DNA from: an uncultured Candidatus Saccharibacteria bacterium
GTDB lineage: Bacteria; Patescibacteriota; Minisyncoccia; Phycocordibacterales; UBA918
Length of the DNA: 64,000 nucleotides
Direction: 5' to 3'
Assembly (NCBI GenBank): GCA_964402035.1
Contig: CAYOAM010000001.1
Span: 24,261-88,260, forward strand
Shown here: piece by piece, positions 10,001 through 18,267 of the stretch
How positions within the stretch are numbered: position 1 is the first letter of the stretch
Layout of the letters: each line of letters starts with the position of its first letter
The notes under the pieces: model-generated
Database searches by the model: none
What the model was told of the DNA's origin: nothing
The model's input: the letters and a program-made list of their open reading frames with translations, nothing else
Translations under genes and position numbers: made by a program

Positions 10001-11308
10001 ATGGCTACACTGCGACCATTTCAAGTTATCCTCATCGGTATCTTTCTTGCGCTCGGCATCGGAGGTATTGTCATGTTTGCCTTGTTTAAAGGACCTGGCG
10101 GTAAAGACAATCCATATGGGAATAAGGTGGTGATTTGGGGTACGCTCGACGACGCTCCTTTTATTGAAACTTTGATTGCGCTTCGCGAAGTAGACAAAAA
10201 TGCTAGTGTTATTTCGTATGTTGAGAAAGACCCGCGTACCTTTGAACAGGAACTTTTAAATGCATTGGCTGAAGGACGAGGGCCTGATCTCGTGGTGTAT
10301 CCGCAGAATACACTTTTGGCGAATCAAGGAAAGATTATGGCTGTTCCGTATGCCAACTTTGATCTTCGCACGTATAGTGACACCTATATCGATGGCGCAA
10401 GTATTTTCTTGCGCCCTGATGGCATTGCAGCTCTCCCGATCGCTGTCGATCCCATGGTAATGTATTGGAATAAAGACATCTTTGCCACCAAAGGTCTAGC
10501 GCGTCCGCCCTTCACCTGGGAGGAGATGCTCTCGGTTGCGGTGCCAGCGATCGCTGAAGTCACGACCGACCGCACGATTGTGCGTCCCGCACTTGCTTTT
10601 GGAGAGTATGCAAATGTGCGCAATGCAAAAGATATCCTTGCCATGCTCTTTATCCAAGCCGGGAGCAATATGGTCATCGCGCGAAATCAAGGGTATGAAG
10701 TGGAGCTCAACAATTCAGTCGAGCAGGGTATACCGCCTGCGCTCGCAGGTCTGCGCTTTTATACGGAGTTTTCCAATCCCGCCAAGAGTGTCTATACATG
10801 GAATCGCTCCATGCCACAGGATCGCGATGCATTTCTTGCCGGTGATCTTGCTATGTATTTTGGTTTTGCGAGTGAGTACGCGTCGCTGCGCTCGGGGAAT
10901 CCCAATTTCAATTTTGATGTTGCTGATATTCCACAGGGCAGTGAAGTACGGCTGAAAAAGGGGTATGGTACCTTTTATGGCATATCGCTTATGCGCAATT
11001 CTCAGAATGTCGCTGGTGCATACAAGGCACTTTTTGCGCTTACGGGACCTACACAAGTTGCCACCTATGCTAGGACGTTACGTGTTGGCGGTGTGTACCG
11101 CGCTTCGTTTAACGGTATCCCCCAAGATCCATTTTTGGCCGTCGTAGCACGTACTGCCTTGATTGCACGGGGGTGGCTTGATCCAAACCGCAATGCAAGC
11201 GACAATGTCTTTAGGCAAATGGTCGAGGATGTGACGTCGGGCCGCATCGAGCTTAGTTCTGCGATTAAAGACGCTGAGGGTCGATTGCAGCAGTTGGTGG
11301 GAGGGTAA
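10001..11308 (+). CDS. membrane-anchored extracellular solute-binding-protein-like protein (ABC-type SBP family 1-like)
   Basis: N-terminal TM segment, then KVVIWGTLDDAPFIETL...GPDLVV, which is typical of family 1 SBPs. No permease or ATPase genes are adjacent. Confidence 0.4.
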   Translation: MATLRPFQVILIGIFLALGIGGIVMFALFKGPGGKDNPYGNKVVIWGTLDDAPFIETLIALREVDKNASVISYVEKDPRTFEQELLNALAEGRGPDLVVYPQNTLLANQGKIMAVPYANFDLRTYSDTYIDGASIFLRPDGIAALPIAVDPMVMYWNKDIFATKGLARPPFTWEEMLSVAVPAIAEVTTDRTIVRPALAFGEYANVRNAKDILAMLFIQAGSNMVIARNQGYEVELNNSVEQGIPPALAGLRFYTEFSNPAKSVYTWNRSMPQDRDAFLAGDLAMYFGFASEYASLRSGNPNFNFDVADIPQGSEVRLKKGYGTFYGISLMRNSQNVAGAYKALFALTGPTQVATYARTLRVGGVYRASFNGIPQDPFLAVVARTALIARGWLDPNRNASDNVFRQMVEDVTSGRIELSSAIKDAEGRLQQLVGG

Positions 11309-11318
11309 ATATTATTTT

Positions 11319-11996
11319 ATGAAATGGATTATTATCTTTGCGGTCGTATTACACTTATTTTCAATTACTGTTGTAGTGCAGGCGCAGACATGGGGAGGGG
11401 CAAAACCAACGGTACAAGAATGGGGTGGGGCTCCGCTTGACCCGACATTAACCAATGAAAATAATGGTGGTGTATTGGGTGATATCAATCAGAACACACA
11501 GCCCGCTTCATATTCGGGTGGCGAAGGGTCACCTGGTGGTTATACTGGTGGTGAAGGTTCTCCATACGATTATGCAGGAGGAAAAACTAGTGCACCAACG
11601 ACCAAGACGGGTACGGTAGATGGGGGCGAAAAGCCCGGTACGGTCGACGGGGGAGATCTTCTGCGTCCCGGGGAAGATGGTGCTGGTTTTGGTCCTGCTG
11701 GTAGAGATGGTGGTGGCAACATAGGAGGCTCAATCTCACTCCAGAATCCTTTAAAGGCGACATCAATCCAGCAATTCTTTTTGATGATCATAGACATCAT
11801 GCTCGTCTTTGCGGTGCCGATCATCGTCTTCTTTCTCATCCTCGCCGGTTTCAAATACGTGACCGCGCGTGGCAATACGGAGCAAATAAAGCAGGCTACG
11901 ACTGCACTCACGTGGGCGCTCGTGGGAGGTGTGCTCATTTTGGGAGCAAAAATATTACTCGAAGTCATTCAAAATACTGTCGATGCGCTTCGCTAA
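11319..11996 (+). CDS. secreted Gly-rich protein with a C-terminal TrbC/VirB2-like two-helix pilin-type domain
   Basis: Signal peptide, a GG/GT low-complexity region, then hydrophobic helix, GNTEQ loop and second helix (TALTWALVGGVLILGA). Confidence 0.5.
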   Translation: MKWIIIFAVVLHLFSITVVVQAQTWGGAKPTVQEWGGAPLDPTLTNENNGGVLGDINQNTQPASYSGGEGSPGGYTGGEGSPYDYAGGKTSAPTTKTGTVDGGEKPGTVDGGDLLRPGEDGAGFGPAGRDGGGNIGGSISLQNPLKATSIQQFFLMIIDIMLVFAVPIIVFFLILAGFKYVTARGNTEQIKQATTALTWALVGGVLILGAKILLEVIQNTVDALR

Positions 11997-12321
11997 ACTC
12001 GCGCCGTATCTGTCATATGCTGGCGTTTGCAGCAGCTTTGTCATTTCTGTTTTTTTTCCACATGCTCTCTATGCGGCGACCTTTGCAAGTCTGGTAAACA
12101 GTTTTCTCGGAGTACTCGGTCTTATCATCCCCCTTATCTTTGCCCTCACATTTTTGGTCATCGTCTGGGGTGTAGTGCAGGCATGGATCCTGAATGCAGG
12201 TAATGCCGAAAAGGTGAGTGAAGGACAGATGATAGCACTCTGGGGCATTATTGGTCTTGTCGTCATGGCGGGCATGTGGGGTCTCATTGCGCTTGTACGC
12301 ACTTCGTTATTTAGTTTTTAG
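11983..12321 (+). CDS. TrbC/VirB2-like small two-TM protein (pilin-type)
   Basis: Signal peptide ending AxA. LIFALTFLVIVWGVVQAWILNAGNAEKVSEGQMIALWGIIGLVVMAGMWG. The ORF is open from 11929 but overlaps the upstream gene; the ATG at 11983 is the likely start. Confidence 0.5.
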   Translation: MRFAKLAPYLSYAGVCSSFVISVFFPHALYAATFASLVNSFLGVLGLIIPLIFALTFLVIVWGVVQAWILNAGNAEKVSEGQMIALWGIIGLVVMAGMWGLIALVRTSLFSF

Positions 12322-12419
12322 AACCCATGGGCCTGTACACAGCCAGTATGCTCAATATCTGCGCATTTGCTATACTGTACCTATCCATTTATTGGGGTAA
12401 TTATTGTTTAACTTCTTCT

Positions 12420-12785
12420 ATGTTAAAGAAAATTGGTTTTATCGGACTTTCATTTCTTCTTCCAGCATTCGCCTTCGCGCAGTCTCCGGCGGGTAATTTG
12501 GGCTACTTTGGTAACTTTGCAAATGAGGCAATCAAAGTAGTCAATAATATTTTAATTCCTCTTGTATTTGCACTAGCTTTTTTGGTGTTTGTGTGGGGGT
12601 TGCTAAAGTACTTTATTTTTGGGGGTGGTAATACAGAGAGTCAAGAGCAAGGAAAACAACTCATGATCTGGGGTGTTGTAGCGTTCGTGGTCATGGTGTC
12701 GCTTTGGGGTATCGTAAGTGTCATTAGTACCAGTCTCCAGATAGGAGGTGGTACGGTTAAGATTCCGGCACCTCTCACCAGATAA
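12420..12785 (+). CDS. TrbC/VirB2-like small two-TM protein (pilin-type)
   Basis: MLKKIGFIGLSFLLPAFAFA signal. LVFALAFLVFVWGLLKYFIFGGGNTESQEQGKQLMIWGVVAFVVMVSLWG. Confidence 0.5.
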   Translation: MLKKIGFIGLSFLLPAFAFAQSPAGNLGYFGNFANEAIKVVNNILIPLVFALAFLVFVWGLLKYFIFGGGNTESQEQGKQLMIWGVVAFVVMVSLWGIVSVISTSLQIGGGTVKIPAPLTR

Positions 12786-12844
12786 GGGTCTTTTCTACAT
12801 GATCGCTGTTTTTTGTTGGAGTCAACATTAATGGCTTTAGTGGT

Positions 12845-14350
12845 ATGCCTAGAAATAGTTCAGTCCTTATAAAAACTACTGCCGGTACAGTATTGGCGGT
12901 AGTTTTGCTATTCGACTTTTTGTTTGCAATACAGGTGCAAGCTGCGGTCAGTACTCGGGTTTCGCAAGTATCTTATTTGGACGGATATGCACAGGTTGGT
13001 GCGGTTGGTGCGTCTGATGAACAAAATAAAGTAGTAGGGAATACGCAAACGCAGAAAGGGGCTCAGGCTCTCGATCCTACACAGAAGACAAGCAATGCTA
13101 TCCCTGCAACAAACAACACTTCACCTGAAAGTGTTCCCGATATCTCAAACGGTTGGTCAGAGTTCTTTAGTAAGACTGCACCAGAAAACTTTGCTTCGGC
13201 TACGCCACAGGAGTCTTATCAGTATGATAATAATCAGAGACCAATAACTAATCCAAATAGTATCCCGCAACAAATAACTCCTCCTGCACAGAAGACCCCT
13301 GTATCAGACACGGTCGAAGATTCATATCAATATGGTGCAGCCAAAGAAGAGTATCAGTATGCGCCTGATGATCGGCAAGGTACCAAGCAGACAGGGGAAA
13401 ATTATGGGTACGCTAACGTGAATCCGTCGCCAAATACACAGGGTGTAACCAATAGCAGTAACAGTAATTTCGGCAGTAGGTATGCGGGTACATTCAATAG
13501 CGAGGATCTCAATTGGGGATTTGGAATCTTGGGAACAGTGATGCCTTTCGGTGGTCTTATTGGTTTAGGTGTGCGCGGTCTGATTGCTTCAGGAATTCCG
13601 GTTACCTATGATTGGGAATTAGCACCACCGCCTAAAGATCTTACGACAGACGATGAGGCCAATGGACTGTCGCGAAGTGGCTTTGATCCTGTGACGGGTA
13701 TGGCAACTGGTGAAAGAAGGGGTGATATATCAGTATCGAGCGCACCACTGGATCCTCCAAAAGATGATTTTGATGCACGTATGGATCGTGCAATGGCGGA
13801 GATTGCAGCAGATAAAGCAGCAGGCAAAGGAAATCCTCCTGGCGAACTTGACTCAACGCAGACGGGAGGGCTCATTGGAGGCATTGCTGGATTTTTTGAT
13901 GGTCTTAGTAAAAGCATCGGTGACCTATTTGGATTTGGAGAGGACGCACCAACATCGGGCGTATCTACGCCAGGTCAATCGACATCCGTAGAGGTCGGTG
14001 CGGTGAGTGGAGAGGCACCCCCATCGACTAACGGAGACCTTGAAACGAGTAGGCCAGGTCCAGGTACCAACAGCGCACCTTCGAGCAATGCCACTGCTCC
14101 AGATTATGGGCCCGCTTTGGGTCCATCACATGGTCCAGGTAGTCCAGCTGTTGAAGTACCATCAGCTCCAGGTGGAGCACCTCCGAGTGGTGGACTTGTT
14201 GATATTGATGAAAGCGGCATACCAGGTTCGTCGAATTTTTCTGGATTTAGCGGTTCGACTGAAATCGAGGGCGGTGATGTTGAGGTCGGTGGCGATGCAC
14301 CGGATGGCGGAGAAGGTGAGGGAGGGGATGGCAGCGATGGGGGAGAATAA
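12845..14350 (+). CDS. large secreted/surface low-complexity protein (501 aa)
   Basis: N-terminal signal/TM segment. Q/N/P/S-rich and Gly/Asp-rich regions, with an internal hydrophobic segment (GILGTVMPFGGLIGLGVRGLIASGIP). Embedded in the pilin-like cluster. Confidence 0.45.
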   Translation: MPRNSSVLIKTTAGTVLAVVLLFDFLFAIQVQAAVSTRVSQVSYLDGYAQVGAVGASDEQNKVVGNTQTQKGAQALDPTQKTSNAIPATNNTSPESVPDISNGWSEFFSKTAPENFASATPQESYQYDNNQRPITNPNSIPQQITPPAQKTPVSDTVEDSYQYGAAKEEYQYAPDDRQGTKQTGENYGYANVNPSPNTQGVTNSSNSNFGSRYAGTFNSEDLNWGFGILGTVMPFGGLIGLGVRGLIASGIPVTYDWELAPPPKDLTTDDEANGLSRSGFDPVTGMATGERRGDISVSSAPLDPPKDDFDARMDRAMAEIAADKAAGKGNPPGELDSTQTGGLIGGIAGFFDGLSKSIGDLFGFGEDAPTSGVSTPGQSTSVEVGAVSGEAPPSTNGDLETSRPGPGTNSAPSSNATAPDYGPALGPSHGPGSPAVEVPSAPGGAPPSGGLVDIDESGIPGSSNFSGFSGSTEIEGGDVEVGGDAPDGGEGEGGDGSDGGE

Positions 14351-14385
14351 GATGCGAGAGCTTTATATTGGTGTATTATAGAACT

Positions 14386-14862
14386 ATGGTTTTAAAACAT
14401 CTTGTGCTTCGAGTATCCGCTCTAGTAACGGTTATCGGAGTGCCGACTTTTGTATTTGCACAAGACCCCTCGTTTGGAGGAATAGGTCGTCTTATTAGTG
14501 ACGTACTTTCGCTAATAGAATGGTATCTCATTCCGCTAGTTTTCTCTCTCTCCTTTCTTCTTTTTTTGTGGGGTCTCTTTAATTTCTTTTTTGTAGGTGG
14601 AGGAAATGCGGAGTCACGAGAGGCGGGACGTCAGTTGATGATGTGGGGAATTGTAGCGTTTGTCGTTATGGTTTCTATATGGGGTATTGTTTCTGTAGTA
14701 GCCTATAGTTTTGGTTTTTCAGGGGGATATGTACCCCCATTGCCATCGATTCCAATGCCTGGTGGTGGGTCGGGAGGTGGTGGAGCCCCTATGCCACCAC
14801 CAGCTGCGCCACCTGTTTCAGGTGGCCCAACCGCAATGCCGTGGGAGCCGGGAATCTATTAA
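14386..14862 (+). CDS. TrbC/VirB2-like small two-TM protein with a Gly/Pro-rich tail
   Basis: Signal peptide. LVFSLSFLLFLWGLFNFFFVGGGNAESREAGRQLMMWGIVAFVVMVSIWG. The TTG at 14368 or the ATG at 14386 could be the start. Confidence 0.5.
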   Translation: MVLKHLVLRVSALVTVIGVPTFVFAQDPSFGGIGRLISDVLSLIEWYLIPLVFSLSFLLFLWGLFNFFFVGGGNAESREAGRQLMMWGIVAFVVMVSIWGIVSVVAYSFGFSGGYVPPLPSIPMPGGGSGGGGAPMPPPAAPPVSGGPTAMPWEPGIY

Positions 14863-14865
14863 TGT

Positions 14866-15153
14866 ATGATTGCATTCGCACAAGAACATATCGTGTACGC
14901 CCAGTCTTTTCTGGATAAGATAAAAGCTGTTATTCTCTATCCGCTCATCTCGCTTATGCTTGGTGTAGCTGTCGTCGTATTTCTCTGGGGGATTTTTGAA
15001 ATGGTGATGCACGCAGAAAATAGCGAAGCGCGAAGTACGGGTCGTACACATATGCTTGCAGGTATTATAGGGATCGTGGTCATGCTCTCTGCACTCACGC
15101 TACTGCGCATCGCTGCAAATACGTTTGGGGTTGAGGTGCCTTCAGGAAGTTAA
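14866..15153 (+). CDS. TrbC/VirB2-like small two-TM protein
   Basis: LMLGVAVVVFLWGIFEMVMHAENSEARSTGRTHMLAGIIGIVVMLSAL, the same helix / GN-E loop / helix pattern. Confidence 0.45.
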   Translation: MIAFAQEHIVYAQSFLDKIKAVILYPLISLMLGVAVVVFLWGIFEMVMHAENSEARSTGRTHMLAGIIGIVVMLSALTLLRIAANTFGVEVPSGS

Positions 15154-15178
15154 AAAACTACATAAAGAATAAGAAAAA

Positions 15179-15206
15179 ACCGGAAGCTGCATGCAGCTTC
15201 CGGTTT
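15179..15206. terminator. bidirectional Rho-independent terminator between convergent genes
   Basis: aaaaaccggaagctgc-atg-cagcttccggtttt: a GC-rich hairpin flanked by an A-run and a T-run. Confidence 0.7.
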
Positions 15207-15214
15207 TGAGTTCA

Positions 15215-15787
15215 CTACTTTTTTTTGCAGGTTCCTTCTACCCGCGGGTACAAGTTTACGTCCCCTGTGCCAACGCCGTGGAACTGGAAAAATCTTCCAG
15301 TCACCCCATCCTCGACCCAGGTCTTCATGTCATCCGAAACCAACACGATGGCTGATTTCGGCATGGCGTAATCCAGGCAGTTTGCCCGGGGTATTTCGTA
15401 GTACTTTTTGCTGAACATGTTATTTTTGTTCAGCGTTATTGTCGTCTTGCCAACCGGCAAAACGATTTTGGTTGTGGTGATGTCATCCCACCACCACCCC
15501 ACTGAACCAATTCCTCCTAGAAGAAGGAGGAGCAGGATCATCCACATGCCCAAGCCACCAGACTTGTGGCTGTCTCCATGCCCGGCGGTTTTCGCCGCCG
15601 GTGGGGGAGCTGCTGCCGCCGGCTGAGGCGTGGCGGGAACAGCTCCTGCGGCTGGTGGTTGTGGCGTTGGCGTGGAAGGTGTTGATCTTGCATTGCGTTT
15701 GGATAAACGCAATCCCCATACAATTAGACTCACAACAAAGATTGCTGTGATGAACCCAATCAGCTGCAAGTCTTCGAAGATTTCCAT
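15215..15787 (-). CDS. membrane protein with a Pro/Ala-rich linker (possible NfeD-like partner of the SPFH protein)
   Basis: N-terminal TM, a PTPQPPAAGAVPATPQPAAAAPPPA linker, a second TM, and a C-terminal beta-rich domain. It lies immediately downstream of the SPFH gene on the same strand. The NfeD assignment is inference. Confidence 0.35.
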   Translation of the reverse strand: MEIFEDLQLIGFITAIFVVSLIVWGLRLSKRNARSTPSTPTPQPPAAGAVPATPQPAAAAPPPAAKTAGHGDSHKSGGLGMWMILLLLLLGGIGSVGWWWDDITTTKIVLPVGKTTITLNKNNMFSKKYYEIPRANCLDYAMPKSAIVLVSDDMKTWVEDGVTGRFFQFHGVGTGDVNLYPRVEGTCKKK

Positions 15788-15798
15788 TGATCGCTCCC

Positions 15799-17160
15799 TT
15801 ACGTTTTGGAAGGCGGAATTGTCTTTGCAGCTTCCGCTATACCAAGAACAGTTCCTATGAGACCGTCAGGGCCTGGCGGTGTGATGATAACCTTGTTGTT
15901 GCCTCCCGCAACTTCTTGAGCGATCTGGGCAGCGAGAACGTCCTTACCAGTAACTTTTAAGACCGTCGCCATCTTCTGGAGGCCCTTAGCGCTTTCTTCA
16001 ATTAAGGCTCTTTTCGCGCCAGCTTTCGCGTTCCCAACTCGTGTTTCTTCGAATGCCTTAGCACGGGCAGCGTTTTTATCTGCTGCCATTTGTCCTTCAG
16101 ACTTCACGCGCGAAGCCATGCTTTCGATCTTTGCTTCAGCGGCCATTTGAAGTTTCTTATTGTAGTCATGTCCCGGGTTGAAGCGGGTGACCTGCGCGAA
16201 GTATATTTCAACACCAAGAGTCAGCGTTTGAAGTTGTACCTTGAGCGCGAGCCATTCTTCGATGAGCCCTTTGTGCTTCATGAGCTCATCGTACGTCAAC
16301 TTGCCGCCGATTTCGCCAAGGTAGCCCTCCATCTTGTCGTTGACTTGTCGGACTACTTCGAGTACCCGATCTGAGATCTTGGCACCCCCCTTGATCTTGT
16401 TGAGGAATTCATTTCGACGTTCACCAATAATTGGGTCTACGTGCCGATATAGATCCCAGAAGCGAGGTTTCGAGAGTCCAAGAGCAATCTGGGCCGAAGC
16501 CTCGATGTTGACTGCTTGAGCAGTGGCAGAGCCTTTCAGGTCTCCTGTGCACGTAAAGAAGTAAGGGTACTCTTGTTTGACGTCTATGACGATCAGCTTA
16601 CCATCTTTGTCTCTTGACTCCCATTGAATGTTGCCTGAGGCAGCAGGCAACTCTGCCTGAGCTCGTACGGTGGGTTCGCTTCTTTTTGTGAAAAGGAAAA
16701 CGGGAGCCCACTTTGGTCCATTGTCGAAAATGTACGCTGGCTTGCCGAAGAATTCAATTCCGGCAATTTCGTCATTCTCGACCTTGAAGAATCCTGCCAG
16801 TAAATAGGCGAATACAGGTATGGGGGCAAACCACCAGGGATTGATGACGATGCTCTTGCCCATGCTCGACGGGAGCATGAAGTACATCGCGACGAAGTAT
16901 GCGACGATCAAGATTCCCACAACTGCGAATGATGCTCTGGTGTAAATCCACTCACTGACACCTGGTGTTGTCTTTAGGAACTCCACTCGATCGGAATCAA
17001 GCTTTTTCCTCAGCGCTCCGATGTGTAGACGGAGCCAAGATGCAACCGCGGCGTCACCTTTATCCCTATCAGGGAAGTCGGGAACGGTAAGTTGGCCTTG
17101 CTGCGTCTGTGACGAGGTCGGCGCCGCAGAGGGAATTTGATTGGAACTCGATGTAATCAT
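15799..17160 (-). CDS. SPFH/band-7 (flotillin-like) domain membrane protein
   Basis: N-terminal TM hairpin, then a band-7-like core and an Ala/Lys/Glu-rich coiled-coil tail (AAEAKIESMASRVKSEGQMAADKNAARAKAFEETR) typical of flotillin/YqiK. Confidence 0.55.
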   Translation of the reverse strand: MITSSSNQIPSAAPTSSQTQQGQLTVPDFPDRDKGDAAVASWLRLHIGALRKKLDSDRVEFLKTTPGVSEWIYTRASFAVVGILIVAYFVAMYFMLPSSMGKSIVINPWWFAPIPVFAYLLAGFFKVENDEIAGIEFFGKPAYIFDNGPKWAPVFLFTKRSEPTVRAQAELPAASGNIQWESRDKDGKLIVIDVKQEYPYFFTCTGDLKGSATAQAVNIEASAQIALGLSKPRFWDLYRHVDPIIGERRNEFLNKIKGGAKISDRVLEVVRQVNDKMEGYLGEIGGKLTYDELMKHKGLIEEWLALKVQLQTLTLGVEIYFAQVTRFNPGHDYNKKLQMAAEAKIESMASRVKSEGQMAADKNAARAKAFEETRVGNAKAGAKRALIEESAKGLQKMATVLKVTGKDVLAAQIAQEVAGGNNKVIITPPGPDGLIGTVLGIAEAAKTIPPSKT

Positions 17161-17440
17161 GATATGAGGCCCTCCTAAGGCCTATTTGTCGAAAAACGTG
17201 TGATCGGGCGAATGCCGCAATCTTCGCTAACAATTATAGCATATTTAGTATAGAAAGTCAAGTAAAAAAGGGCTGTACAGTGGCTCTGTTGAGCCGTGTA
17301 TTTTAATTTTTGAGTCGATCTGATTTTTTACTATATTGTACGTTAGAAGGAGCACTTGCTTTTAGGTCATATATAGCACAAGATTCGGTGAGATGTAGAG
17401 GTGCGTTGTGTATTCCGCTGACTATTGAAAGGGAATTTCG

Positions 17441-18229
17441 ATGATATCTGCGCGTATACGTGAGGTCGCGATGCGTCGCCTCGCCAGTTTCACACTTCCA
17501 TTTTCTCGTTCGTCTCGCTTACTGCATCCGTCACTCGACCGTGCATACAGGGAGTATCTTGGAAAACTTCAAATACTGCCACGGGGTCCAGTGTGGCCGA
17601 TCGTCGTTTTCATGATTGGACTCCCTGGTTCAAAACGTGTCATTGTTGCTGATGAAATTGCGAAAGCTGCAGGTTACACATTTATCGTTGCAAATACGAT
17701 ACGTGACATTCTCTTGAGTGCTAAAGAAAGTGAGTCCCATCTCGATGAGCTGCTTTGGAGGGCAATAGAGCATGTGCTTGCTTCAGGAGGCAATGTCGTT
17801 GTTGATATGGACGCAATAGCAACATCGAGACGTGCACGTGCCTGGGCGGTGGCGAAAAAGAATGGTGCGCATGTCGAGTTTGTCCGGACGCATTGTAGCT
17901 TTTTTCAGATGATGCTTAATCTGCAGCAAGCCGCAACGGACAAGAATGTACATCCGGCATGGCGTGCAGAAGTGCTCGCGCATGGCATGGAGGATACAGA
18001 CGAAAGAAGGGCTGCAGCTGCACAAGCTCGAGTGGTACAAACGGCACATCTGCATTATCGTACAAGTAAACCAGATGGCGTTCTCGACGAAGTGCGTCCG
18101 TTGCCATTTGAACTACTGATGGATGTCCTACGGGTGACCCAACGAGCGCTGGAGATGCCGCGAAAAGAATCGCACAAGCATTGGCCGAGTTCAAAGAGAC
18201 ATAGCAATATGTCGCTTTTTTTATTTTAA
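17441..18229 (+). CDS. hypothetical protein with a degenerate P-loop (IGLPGSKR)
   Basis: 262 aa with a possible P-loop kinase-like fold. The start may be the M at 17471. The gene ends in a repeat-rich region. Confidence 0.35.
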   Translation: MISARIREVAMRRLASFTLPFSRSSRLLHPSLDRAYREYLGKLQILPRGPVWPIVVFMIGLPGSKRVIVADEIAKAAGYTFIVANTIRDILLSAKESESHLDELLWRAIEHVLASGGNVVVDMDAIATSRRARAWAVAKKNGAHVEFVRTHCSFFQMMLNLQQAATDKNVHPAWRAEVLAHGMEDTDERRAAAAQARVVQTAHLHYRTSKPDGVLDEVRPLPFELLMDVLRVTQRALEMPRKESHKHWPSSKRHSNMSLFLF

Positions 18230-18267
18230 AAACTCACAGGCGGTATGTTTCTGTCTGTCTTTGTGTA

